This document shows, piece after piece, positions 1-8,532 of a stretch of DNA of 64,000 nt. Both the position numbers and the translations under genes were made by a program. Positions within the stretch are counted from its first letter, which is position 1. Each line of letters opens with the position of its first letter. The notes under the pieces are model-generated. The model was not told the origin of the DNA. It did not search any database and saw only the letters and a list, made by a program, of their open reading frames with translations. The stretch comes from Alphaproteobacteria bacterium SS10 (GTDB lineage: Bacteria; Pseudomonadota; Alphaproteobacteria; TMED2), in NCBI GenBank assembly GCA_019192455.1, contig JAHCML010000003.1:1388160-1452159 (forward strand). Direction: 5' to 3'.

Positions 1-774
1 ACCGGGCATTGAGTAGGTCTTGCTCATCGAGGTGAACTCAACGGCCAGATCACGGGCACCCGGTACCTCTAAGATTGAGGGGGGTGGGTTATCGTCGAAA
101 TAGATCTCAGCGTAAGCGAGATCGGAGAGGATGTAGATCTCCTCCTTCCGGCAGAAATCGACGACGGCCTTATAGAAATCCAAATCCACAACTTCGGCAG
201 TCGGGTTGGATGGGAAATTGATGATCAGCGCCGTTGGCTTCGGCACGGAGTGGCGCACGGCCGTGTCCAGGCTGCGCAGAAAATCCTCAGCGCTCTGATT
301 AGCTGAGGTGCGCGGGATATGACGAAGCGCAGCGCCGGCAATAATGAAGCCGAAGGGGTGGATTGGATAGCTGGGGTTTGGCACCAGCATGATGTCACCC
401 GGTGAGCTGATCGCCTGGGCTAAGTTCGCCAGGCCCTCTTTCGACCCCAGGGTGACGATCACCTCTTTCTCAGGGTCCAGGCTGACATTAAATCGGCGCT
501 CGTAATACGCTGCCTGGGCCCGGCGGAGGCCAGGAATACCGCGCGACATGGAATAGCGGTGAGCCTTTGGGTCCTGGGCCACCTCGGCCAGCTTATCGAT
601 AATGTGCTGTGGCGTTGGTTGATCCGGATTGCCCATGCCGAGATCGATGATGTCCTCACCCGCCGCGCGCGCCTTTGCCTTCATCGCATTTACTTCCGCG
701 AAGACATAAGGCGGCAGCCGCCGCTCGCGGTGAAATTCCCTGCGTTGAGGGGTTGGGTAGTCGGTCAGGTCCAT
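1..774 (-). CDS. alaC: Aminotransferase class I/II, AlaC (YfdZ)-like alanine transaminase. The N-terminal ~258 aa are in the window and the C-terminus lies beyond the window start.
   Basis: Manual minus-strand translation from ATG at 774 gives MDLTDYPTPQRREFHRERRLPPYVFAEVNAMKAKARAAGEDIIDLGMGNPD...VPNPSYPIH...INFPSNPTA...SMSKTYSMPG. It aligns residue for residue with E. coli AlaC as I remember it (RLPPYVF, GEDIIDxxMGNPD, VPNPSYPIH, GFPSNPT). The ORF track does not list it because it is truncated by the window edge. Confidence 0.8.
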   Translation of the reverse strand, partial: MDLTDYPTPQRREFHRERRLPPYVFAEVNAMKAKARAAGEDIIDLGMGNPDQPTPQHIIDKLAEVAQDPKAHRYSMSRGIPGLRRAQAAYYERRFNVSLDPEKEVIVTLGSKEGLANLAQAISSPGDIMLVPNPSYPIHPFGFIIAGAALRHIPRTSANQSAEDFLRSLDTAVRHSVPKPTALIINFPSNPTAEVVDLDFYKAVVDFCRKEEIYILSDLAYAEIYFDDNPPPSILEVPGARDLAVEFTSMSKTYSMPG

Positions 775-850
775 CGTCTTCGTGCTCTAGGTCGGGAGAA
801 TTATTGTGCAGTGTGTCAAACTGCGAGCCATATGGCTATCGGCGTAAAGC

Positions 851-1969
851 CTAGGGAGCTGCGAAAATCGCAACCTGCCCCGCTGCCGCCGGGTCAGGCG
901 CCGTCACTGGCGGTGCCAAAATCAGGCGCTCACGGGCAATGCCCTGCTGTTGCAGCGCCTGACTAACCGTCCGGGCGCGGCCCAATGCATCATCGGCGGC
1001 GACATCAGCACCGCTAAAGGGCACCAACCGAAGCCGGTTCGGCAATTGCGCGGTGTCCCCTGCCCACGCCTCAAGCGAGGCCTGCGCATCGCTTCCCAGC
1101 ACTTCGGTGCCATCCAGGGATAAGACTAGTAACGGTTCGGCCCGCTCACTTATCGACGGGATTGGTGCAACCGGCGTGCGGGAGGCGGTGGCAAGGTCAG
1201 CATCGGCCCCACGGGACAGATCCACGCCACCGGTGCTTGGCAGCTCCAGGCTTGGCGGCTCAGCAATGTCCAGCGGTGGTGGTGCCGCTATCGCAACTGG
1301 CGCGGCGGGTGGCGGCGCAATTGGGGCTGGCTCAATATCCTCAACACCGAATTCTGGCGGATGAACCGGGACGGGCTCTGGGGTTGGAAGTTCCGCCAAG
1401 TCAGGTTCTGGTGGTGCCTCAATCAGTGGTGGCGGTTCCGGTACTGCGCCGGTTCTTGGCGGCAACCCGGTGTCGGGGTCAATTGACGTTGGCTTCGGCT
1501 CTGGCCGGGTCAACTGAACCGCCGGTGCTGAGAGGTCAATTGCTGGCGCGTCCACCAAATCCGGCGCCGCGGGTGCCGGATCAACCTGGAACCCTTCCAA
1601 CCCATCAATCTCACTTGGTGGTGGTAGGTCTGGGCGATCACCGCTTTCGCGCAGCTCGTCTGCCCGCGTTAGGTCGGCGGAGAGTTCGGCATCCAGGGCC
1701 GCAATGCGTTCAGCCGCCGATACATTCGGGCGGGCCGGCACACTGGCCAGGTTTGGCGCTGGCTGCGCAGATAGGTCAAACTCCCGCGCGGCTCGTAACA
1801 CGCTGTCACTACTGGGCTGCGGTGCGGACCAATATGGCAGTACCTGATCAATGCCCTCGGCATCCGTTGACGCGGCAGAACAGCCGGTCACCAGCAGGAC
1901 GGTAACCAGAGATGCCAGAATTCTGGGACGCAGGTCGTATGACAACGAATAGCTCAAGGGTGGACGCAT
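851..1969 (-). CDS. Proline-rich lipoprotein with a weak OmpA-like C-terminal tail.
   Basis: The internal Met MRPPLSYSLSYDLRPRILASLVTVLLVTGCSA gives a signal peptide plus lipobox (VTGC). A roughly 200-aa Pro/Ala/Glu-rich low-complexity linker follows. The C-terminal GRARTVSQALQQQGIARERL resembles the end of an OmpA/MotB peptidoglycan-binding domain. The start is chosen at 1969 instead of the track's 2128 because of the lipoprotein signal. Confidence 0.55.
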   Translation of the reverse strand: MRPPLSYSLSYDLRPRILASLVTVLLVTGCSAASTDAEGIDQVLPYWSAPQPSSDSVLRAAREFDLSAQPAPNLASVPARPNVSAAERIAALDAELSADLTRADELRESGDRPDLPPPSEIDGLEGFQVDPAPAAPDLVDAPAIDLSAPAVQLTRPEPKPTSIDPDTGLPPRTGAVPEPPPLIEAPPEPDLAELPTPEPVPVHPPEFGVEDIEPAPIAPPPAAPVAIAAPPPLDIAEPPSLELPSTGGVDLSRGADADLATASRTPVAPIPSISERAEPLLVLSLDGTEVLGSDAQASLEAWAGDTAQLPNRLRLVPFSGADVAADDALGRARTVSQALQQQGIARERLILAPPVTAPDPAAAGQVAIFAAP

Positions 1970-2156
1970 CCTATTGGCTATGCGATCACCGGCGCGATTC
2001 GTGCGCCGTGTACATTCCGCATGCCCCAGGCTTATTATTCCCAGGGGGTTAGGGCTTAAATCTACTTGAGTGGTAGCACCGGCGCGCCAAGTAACACAAT
2101 AAGCCGACCGCACACTGTTAGCAGCCACGCGCTTTCAGCATCAAAAAGGGTACAGC

Positions 2157-4337
2157 ATGACCGAGGCGACGCAAAAACGAACCCGGGCCACGGCCGCCAA
2201 AACTGGCGCGAAGACGACTGCTAAGGCTGGCGCTAAGGCAGCGCCCAAGACCACGGCGAAGCCTGCAGCAAAAGCGGCTGCAAAACCGGCGGCGAAGACC
2301 ACCCGTAAACCGGCTGCTAAAACGGCTGCTAAGCCAGCTGCGAAAAAGCCAGCCGCCGTGAAAAAGCCTACCACCGCGAACGCAACAACTCGCAAGCCCG
2401 CAGCAAAGAAGCCTGCCCAGACAAAGGCAGCCGCCGCCAAGAAGGCAACTGCCAAAACGACCACCACTAAGGCATCACAGCCGAGCGCCGCGAAGGCTAA
2501 AGCCCAGGCAGGTGCGAAGAGCAGCTCAACGAAATCAACAAAGACCGAGCCACCGCAGGTCAAAATCCCCGATCCGGTAGAGCTGTCCAAATCTGTCGCT
2601 AACATCGCCGAGCGCAGCCAAAAGCTGATCCTCGACTTTATGGAAAAGCGTGGCCAACAACCGGATGAGAATGGTGCGCTAGATCCGCTCAATATCGGTA
2701 GCGCATTCCTTGAGCTGACCCAGCGCATGATGGCCGACCCCGCCTATCTTATGAAGGCGCAGATGTCGCTGATGCAAAGCTATGTCGACCTCTGGCAGTA
2801 CACCACCCAACGCATGCTGGGCGGTCAGGCGAAGCCAGTTGTTGAGCCAAGCAAGGGCGACAAGCGCTTCAAGGATCAGGAATGGGAAGACAACGCGGTC
2901 TTTGATTACATCAAGCAGTCCTATCTGCTGACTGCGCGCTGGCTGCAGGATACTGTTCACAAGGTCGATGGCATCGATGCCAAGCAGCGTAAGAAGCTCG
3001 ACTTCTATACCCGTCAGTTCGTTGACGCGCTTGCCCCATCAAACTTCGCGACCACCAACCCGGCGGTTATTCGCGCGACATTAGAGAGTGGCGGCGAAAA
3101 CCTGATCGACGGCCTGGAAAACCTGCTCCGGGATATGGAGCGTGGTGAGGGTGATCTGATCGTCACCATGACCGATAAAGAAGCGTTCAAGGTCGGTGAG
3201 AATATCGCCGTGACGCCGGGCAAAGTGATCTATGAGAACCCCCTAGCCCAGCTGATCCAGTATGAGCCTACCACCAAAGAGGTCTTCAAGAAGCCCCTGC
3301 TGGTCCTGCCACCATGGATCAACAAGTTCTACATCCTCGACCTGAAGCCTGAGAATTCGTTCATCAAATGGGCGGTCGATCAGGGTCACACGGTCTTTGT
3401 TGTGTCCTGGGTGAACCCGGATGAGAGCCTGGCCGATAAGTCCTTTGAGGATTACATGCGCCTCGGCGTGTTCGACATGCTCGACCAGATTGAGAAACAG
3501 ACCGGTGAGCGCCAGGTGAATGCGGCAGGCTATTGCCTGGGCGGTACCTTGCTGGCCTCAACCCTTGCGGTGATGGCGCGGCGTGGAACCGATGATCGGA
3601 TTGCATCGGCCACCTTCTTCACCACCCTCACCGACTTTGAGGAAAGTGGTGAGGTCGCCGTCTTCGTTGACGAGACCCAGCTTGAACATCTGGAAGATCG
3701 GATGGCCGATACTGGCTATTTCGATGCCATCGACATGCACCGCATCTTCAATATGCTGCGGGCCAATGACCTGATCTGGTCATTTGTCGTGAACAACTAC
3801 CTGCTGGGTAAAGAGCCAATCCCATTTGATCTGCTGTACTGGAATTCAGACAGCACGCGCCTGCCAGCAGCGATGCACCTGTTCTACCTGCGCAATATGT
3901 ATCAGAAGAATTTGCTGATCGAACCCGATGCGCTGACCCTGGATGGCACACCGGTTGACCTGAACCAGGTGAAGACACCGACCTATCTACTCTCCACCCG
4001 GGATGATCACATCGCACCTTGGAACTCAACCTATCGGGCGACTGAGTTCTATAAGGGCGACACCACCTTTGTTCTGGCTGCCTCCGGCCATATCGCCGGC
4101 GTGGTGAACCCACCAGCGAAGAACAAATACTGCTACTGGACCAATGATAAGCTCAGCAAATCTGCGGAAGACTGGCTGGAAGCAGCCGAGCAGCACGACG
4201 GATCATGGTGGCCGCACTGGCAGCAATGGGCCAATCAGCATATTGGTGAGAAAGTGCCGGCACGCGACCCATCCAAGGGCAAGCTGAAGCCGATTGAGAA
4301 TGCCCCCGGTCGCTACGTGACCGTCCAAGCGTTCTAA
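2157..4337 (+). CDS. phaC: Class I poly(3-hydroxyalkanoate) synthase PhaC with a ~130-aa N-terminal histone-H1-like Ala/Lys/Pro-repeat extension.
   Basis: The core from about residue 150 matches PhaC. It has the lipase-box GYCLGG, FILDLKPENSFIKWAVDQGHTVFVVSWVNPD, and the PhaC N- and C-terminal domains. The N-terminus is repeats of AAKP/AKTT/KKPA (AKTGAKTTAKAGAKAAPKTTAKPAAKAAAKPAAKTTRKPAAK...). Confidence 0.9.
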   Translation: MTEATQKRTRATAAKTGAKTTAKAGAKAAPKTTAKPAAKAAAKPAAKTTRKPAAKTAAKPAAKKPAAVKKPTTANATTRKPAAKKPAQTKAAAAKKATAKTTTTKASQPSAAKAKAQAGAKSSSTKSTKTEPPQVKIPDPVELSKSVANIAERSQKLILDFMEKRGQQPDENGALDPLNIGSAFLELTQRMMADPAYLMKAQMSLMQSYVDLWQYTTQRMLGGQAKPVVEPSKGDKRFKDQEWEDNAVFDYIKQSYLLTARWLQDTVHKVDGIDAKQRKKLDFYTRQFVDALAPSNFATTNPAVIRATLESGGENLIDGLENLLRDMERGEGDLIVTMTDKEAFKVGENIAVTPGKVIYENPLAQLIQYEPTTKEVFKKPLLVLPPWINKFYILDLKPENSFIKWAVDQGHTVFVVSWVNPDESLADKSFEDYMRLGVFDMLDQIEKQTGERQVNAAGYCLGGTLLASTLAVMARRGTDDRIASATFFTTLTDFEESGEVAVFVDETQLEHLEDRMADTGYFDAIDMHRIFNMLRANDLIWSFVVNNYLLGKEPIPFDLLYWNSDSTRLPAAMHLFYLRNMYQKNLLIEPDALTLDGTPVDLNQVKTPTYLLSTRDDHIAPWNSTYRATEFYKGDTTFVLAASGHIAGVVNPPAKNKYCYWTNDKLSKSAEDWLEAAEQHDGSWWPHWQQWANQHIGEKVPARDPSKGKLKPIENAPGRYVTVQAF
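2163..2560 (+). repeat. Imperfect tandem low-complexity coding repeat (GCn-AAG-CCn units) encoding the AKP tail of PhaC.
   Basis: Visible periodic gctaag/gcgaag/ccggct units. The reverse strand yields the spurious hydrophobic ORF 2141-2728. Confidence 0.8.
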
Positions 4338-4352
4338 GCCACGCCTCTAGCT

Positions 4353-4982
4353 TTAGATCGCGGCCGTACTTGGCAGCACATTCGGATCAAAGGCACGCCG
4401 CCGGTCTTGTGAAAAGACTGGCGGTTTTGCGGCGCGTTGATCCATCAAATCTTCCAGCCGCTCAATCAGCGTAAGCCGGTTACCGGATAGCCAGCGATAG
4501 CAACCCTGTGTCAGCCAGCCAGCGGCAACCATGGCGGCAATGAATGGCATCGGGTTGGCCATCGGGCTCCATGCCGCGCTGCTGATGCCCAGAATGGAAA
4601 CAGCGACCAGTAGTAAGAGGCAGGCAGCCACAAACCCGCCGATAAAGCCGAGCATCCCGGCCATCACACTGGTGGTGCCAGCCACTGCCGGGCTGATGAA
4701 ACGATAGGCCCGCATGATGTTGTCATGACAGATCAGACGACGATGGGATTGCTGATTAAACAGGGCCAGCAGCAGCCCAGATTGCCGATCACGAACCACC
4801 GTCAGTGATTGACCAACCCGAACCGGAAAAGTGCTGTGCACCGCCAGGACCAATGGTGCCAGCCCACGTCCGCGCGAGACCTCTACCCGCTGAATGGGGG
4901 TGATGGGAAAGAGCTTCCGCCCTTGATCCACTGTCCGAACGGCAAGAACTGAGCCGTCATCTATCCGTAATGCGTCAACCAT
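4353..4982 (-). CDS. Hypothetical membrane protein: a bacterial-PH-like N-terminal domain followed by two transmembrane helices.
   Basis: The N-terminal ~90 aa (DGSVLAVRTVDQGRKLFPITPIQRVEVSRGRGLAPLVLAV) look like a bPH/YdbT-like fold. Two hydrophobic helices follow (GMLGFIGGFVAACLLLLVAVSILGI and MPFIAAMVAAGWL). I recognise no specific family. Confidence 0.45.
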   Translation of the reverse strand: MVDALRIDDGSVLAVRTVDQGRKLFPITPIQRVEVSRGRGLAPLVLAVHSTFPVRVGQSLTVVRDRQSGLLLALFNQQSHRRLICHDNIMRAYRFISPAVAGTTSVMAGMLGFIGGFVAACLLLLVAVSILGISSAAWSPMANPMPFIAAMVAAGWLTQGCYRWLSGNRLTLIERLEDLMDQRAAKPPVFSQDRRRAFDPNVLPSTAAI

Positions 4983-5097
4983 AAGTGGTCCCCGGTTAAA
5001 CCCTTAAGCGGCCTGCACTCCGCCATTCGGGCACTTGGAAAACCCAACCTTAAAAAAGTTTCAGCAAAAACGATGCCAACCCTATAACTTCAATAGG

Positions 5098-6123
5098 TTA
5101 CGGGCGGCGACGGGATTGAACATCTGGTCCATCTGGTGCTTGGCCCGGTTCTTTGCCGGGCTGGTATCCCGGCGGGCCAGGTAACAGCTCTGTAAGCCGT
5201 CCAGCATGCGGTAACTCAGCATCCGGAGTAATGCCGCCCTTATCCTCTGACACCGCACCGCCGGAACCAGGCGGGCGCTCACCGCCAGCAAAGATCAGAT
5301 CCATAAATCGCTGTTTTAGTGCATCCTCATTCGGGCGATCAAACTGGGTCACCAGAATGGTGCGGGCACCGAGAGACTGCATTGGCGCCAGATCGCGATC
5401 AACACGATTGCCGATCATCACCGAGCGGTTTGGGTCAACGCCCCAATCTTTAAGGGTTTCGGCGATAACCTCTGGTTTAGCTTTGAACCCAGCCGGTAGG
5501 TTTTTGACCCGCGGCCAAATCGTGCTCGGGTATTCAGCTTCAAGATCATCGATACCTGTCGGCGTGGTCTCAGACACGACCGCCAGCTCATCCATATCGT
5601 CCGCCAGGCCGATGGCATTGAGCTTCACCGCCGTTGCAGAGCCTGGCCCCTCGGTCATCATAATGAGACGGTAGCCCTGCTCTCGCCACTGCTTGATGGC
5701 CTGAACAAAGTCTGGATCAGGTTCCAGCACCGCAATCATCGCCTGCTCGGCTTGCTCACGAATAACACCAAACTCAGCATTCAAATCGCGATGCGGGAAC
5801 TTCTCTTTCAGTGGGCCGTGATCGTTAAACGCGCTGGCGAAGGCGTAGATCTCCTCCGCTCGGATATCTTTGAAGCCCTCGGCCACGTCAGAGAGCGGCA
5901 ATCGGCTCATTCGCGCTAAGCCCCGATAGATCGTATCAACATAGGCAAGCAATGCTGGGGTGCCAGCGACGATGGTGTCATCCAGATCTAGGATGATCGT
6001 ATCGACATCTTTGAAATCACCTGGGTTGCCGAGATTGGGATTCCGGCTCTCACCGCCAGGCGAATGATCAGAATTGCGGGCCATTGGTCTGTGGGGGTAT
6101 CGATCAGGGGCATCGACACTCAA
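5098..6123 (-). CDS. HAD-superfamily hydrolase with N- and C-terminal low-complexity extensions.
   Basis: HAD motif I LDLDDTIV near the N-terminus. The C-terminal ~60 aa are Pro/Gly-rich. It lies downstream of the argC cluster on the same strand. Confidence 0.6.
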   Translation of the reverse strand: MSVDAPDRYPHRPMARNSDHSPGGESRNPNLGNPGDFKDVDTIILDLDDTIVAGTPALLAYVDTIYRGLARMSRLPLSDVAEGFKDIRAEEIYAFASAFNDHGPLKEKFPHRDLNAEFGVIREQAEQAMIAVLEPDPDFVQAIKQWREQGYRLIMMTEGPGSATAVKLNAIGLADDMDELAVVSETTPTGIDDLEAEYPSTIWPRVKNLPAGFKAKPEVIAETLKDWGVDPNRSVMIGNRVDRDLAPMQSLGARTILVTQFDRPNEDALKQRFMDLIFAGGERPPGSGGAVSEDKGGITPDAELPHAGRLTELLPGPPGYQPGKEPGQAPDGPDVQSRRRP

Positions 6124-6166
6124 CCATACCTGGCGGAAAGCCCGCAGCGCCTCCTCTTAGGCCACC

Positions 6167-6688
6167 CTACTCCCGGTCGAGATAGGTAACCGCCAGCCGG
6201 GCATAATGGGCCGGGCTCTCAACCAAGTAATCCCGCTCATCCTTGGTGAGATCGCGTGCCTTCTTAGCTGGTGAGCCAAGCCATAGCTCGCCACTTGGTA
6301 CCTGCTTACCAGGCGTCACCAGGGCACCAGCACCAATCATGGCGCCGCTTGAGACCTTGGCGTCATCCATGACGCAGGCCTTCATCCCGATAAAGCAGCC
6401 ATCCTCTAGCGTGCAGGCATGGATGAGCGCCATATGCCCAATGGTGATGTTGTCACCAATATAAGTGCCCTGGGTCGTGCTTGAGACATGGACCACGGTG
6501 CCGTCCTGGATGTTGGTATTCTCCCCCACCCGGATGACATTCACATCACCGCGCAGCACGCAGCCATACCAAATGCTTGAGCCCGGGCCGATTTCAACAT
6601 CACCGATGATGGTCGCCGTACTGGCAATAAAGGCGTCCTTGCTGATCTTAGGCCAGACACCCTGATAGGGCAGAATTGTCGCCGGCAT
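6167..6688 (-). CDS. Gamma-carbonic-anhydrase-family / hexapeptide-repeat protein (YrdA/CaiE/PaaY-like).
   Basis: Left-handed beta-helix hexapeptide repeats (IGDVEIGPGSSIWYGCVLRGDVNVIRVGENTNIQDGTVVH). Size 173 aa is typical. Confidence 0.8.
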   Translation of the reverse strand: MPATILPYQGVWPKISKDAFIASTATIIGDVEIGPGSSIWYGCVLRGDVNVIRVGENTNIQDGTVVHVSSTTQGTYIGDNITIGHMALIHACTLEDGCFIGMKACVMDDAKVSSGAMIGAGALVTPGKQVPSGELWLGSPAKKARDLTKDERDYLVESPAHYARLAVTYLDRE

Positions 6689-6694
6689 AACCGA

Positions 6695-7396
6695 TCAGAA
6701 CTCCAGCCCGGTTGGCACGGCGACACTGGCGGCAATACGCTCTAACTGCCGGTCACGGAATGGCACTGGCAAGGGTGGTGCCGCCGCCTGGTCGCGCAGT
6801 TTGATGCCGAGGCCAGACTGATCAATCGTCTGGCTGCCCGCGAAGTTCACAACCTCAGCCGCCCCCTTGTTCACATAGACTGTGTAGCTGCCATCCAAGC
6901 GGCCAACCCATAGATCAGAAGCACGGCCGTTAATGGTACCGAGCGGCGTCTCAAGGCTAAGTCGGAACGGCTCAAACCCGGGTGGAAGCTTTGGCGTTGG
7001 GTCAGGCAGGTAACGGACACCGCCTGCAGCCTCAACCTTTAGATGGACCGTCTTGGGGAAGCGGATATCGCCAACGAATTTATCAATGAGGACAGTTGTG
7101 TTCGGCCCGATACGAACGACACCACCGGCAACAAGCTCAAGCTCGCAATACCCACCCTTGCCCGTGCTGATCCGGTCTCGAAGGTAGATCGACGCATCTT
7201 TCTGTAAGCGCCTGTCGAGGGCTGGATGCTCGGCCTTAATTGGTGAGCGGCGAGTAACGACCCGTGCGACAGGTGCGCCAAGCCGTGGGCCCAAAGCGCT
7301 CGCATAGGCTGGGCCGGCTAAGCCAAGGCCGGAAAATCCAAGGCTGGCGAGCCCGGCAGCGAAATGACGACGGGTAAGGCCAAGGCGCTCAGTCAT
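6695..7396 (-). CDS. Hypothetical exported protein with a twin-arginine-like signal.
   Basis: N-terminus MTERLGLTRRHFAAGLASLGFSGLGLAGPAYASA has an RRxF motif, a hydrophobic core and AxA. No recognisable catalytic motif. It is tightly packed between argC and the gamma-CA-like gene (7 to 10 nt gaps). Confidence 0.5.
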   Translation of the reverse strand: MTERLGLTRRHFAAGLASLGFSGLGLAGPAYASALGPRLGAPVARVVTRRSPIKAEHPALDRRLQKDASIYLRDRISTGKGGYCELELVAGGVVRIGPNTTVLIDKFVGDIRFPKTVHLKVEAAGGVRYLPDPTPKLPPGFEPFRLSLETPLGTINGRASDLWVGRLDGSYTVYVNKGAAEVVNFAGSQTIDQSGLGIKLRDQAAAPPLPVPFRDRQLERIAASVAVPTGLEF

Positions 7397-7406
7397 CGCA
7401 AAATCA

Positions 7407-8474
7407 TCAAGGGAACAGTGCGGCCATATCGAGACCGGTAGTCTCGTCCAATCCCTGCATCACGTTAAAGTTCTGCACCGCCTGTCCGCTTGCTCCCTTC
7501 ATCAGGTTATCAATCACGGCCGTAATGATGGCACAGCCGGGACGGCGGTCGGGGGTAATACTGATCAGACAGTGATTGGTGCCGCGCACATGTCGCGTGG
7601 CTGGCACAGCCCCCTCAGGCAGAAGGTGAACAAATGCCTCAGTATCGTAGGCGTCGAGGTAACTTTGCCGGGCACTGGCGTAATCCTCACCATCGGCAAA
7701 GCGGACATAGATCGTCGCCAGCATGCCCCGATTCATCGGTACCAAATGCGGGGTGAACGAGATTGTCACCGGCGCACCGGCGGCCCCACTTAGCTCCTGC
7801 TCAATCTCGGGCATGTGGCGATGATGACCAACACCATAAGGGTGCATGCCCTCCGCGACCTCTGAGAATAGGTTGGCAAGCTTCTCCCCTCGCCCAGCGC
7901 CGGTCACGCCAGATTTGGCATCGATGATGATGTCATCGATCTCAATGATCCGGTTCTGCACCAGTGGTAGTAGGGCCAGCAGAGACACGGTTGGATAGCA
8001 ACCAGGCACAGCGATTAGGCGGCTCATCCCAATCGCCGGGCGATGCCATTCGGTCAGACCATAGGCAGCCTGACCTTGAAGTTCCGGCGCCCCATGGGGC
8101 TTGCCATACCATTTCTCATAGACCGTCGGATTGGTGATCCGAAAATCGGCAGAAAGGTCGATCACTTTCAACTGCTCAGGCAGGTCCTTAATGACTTCCT
8201 GCGTGGTGGCATGCGGCAGAGCGCAGAAGACAAGATCGAGTTCGGAGAAATCGAGTTCCCCGATCTTCACCAGGTCTGGCAGGCCCTCGGTCGCCAGATG
8301 CGGGTAGATGTCGGCCATCGCCTTACCGGCCTGACGATCCGCGGTGAGTGCCTTCACATCAATCGCTGGATGGTTCTTAGCCAGGCGCAGAAGTTCAGCA
8401 CCGGTATAACCGCTGGCACCCAAAATGGCTGTGCGAAGCGTATCCACGTCTGATGGCTTAGAGATGATGTTCAT
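7407..8474 (-). CDS. argC: N-acetyl-gamma-glutamyl-phosphate reductase.
   Basis: N-terminal Rossmann GASGYTGAELLRL, a catalytic Cys region (AVPGCYPT), and length ~355 aa. Confidence 0.9.
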   Translation of the reverse strand: MNIISKPSDVDTLRTAILGASGYTGAELLRLAKNHPAIDVKALTADRQAGKAMADIYPHLATEGLPDLVKIGELDFSELDLVFCALPHATTQEVIKDLPEQLKVIDLSADFRITNPTVYEKWYGKPHGAPELQGQAAYGLTEWHRPAIGMSRLIAVPGCYPTVSLLALLPLVQNRIIEIDDIIIDAKSGVTGAGRGEKLANLFSEVAEGMHPYGVGHHRHMPEIEQELSGAAGAPVTISFTPHLVPMNRGMLATIYVRFADGEDYASARQSYLDAYDTEAFVHLLPEGAVPATRHVRGTNHCLISITPDRRPGCAIITAVIDNLMKGASGQAVQNFNVMQGLDETTGLDMAALFP

Positions 8475-8532
8475 ATTCCAACGTCACGATCATCGATAAG
8501 TAGATGCGCAAAATTGCGCGTTCTTGGCCCGA

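Noticed and set aside
1162-1905. A 247-aa plus-strand ORF opposite the lipoprotein gene.
   Set aside because: It is antisense to the Pro-rich coding repeat and is Arg/Pro/Gln-rich with no domain. A high-GC open frame of this kind is typical of spurious ORFs.
2141-2728. A 195-aa minus-strand ORF encoding a very hydrophobic A/F/G/V-rich protein.
   Set aside because: It is exactly antisense to the Ala/Lys-codon repeat of phaC. The reverse complement of GCn/AAG repeats yields the Phe/Ala/Gly run. It is a compositional artefact.
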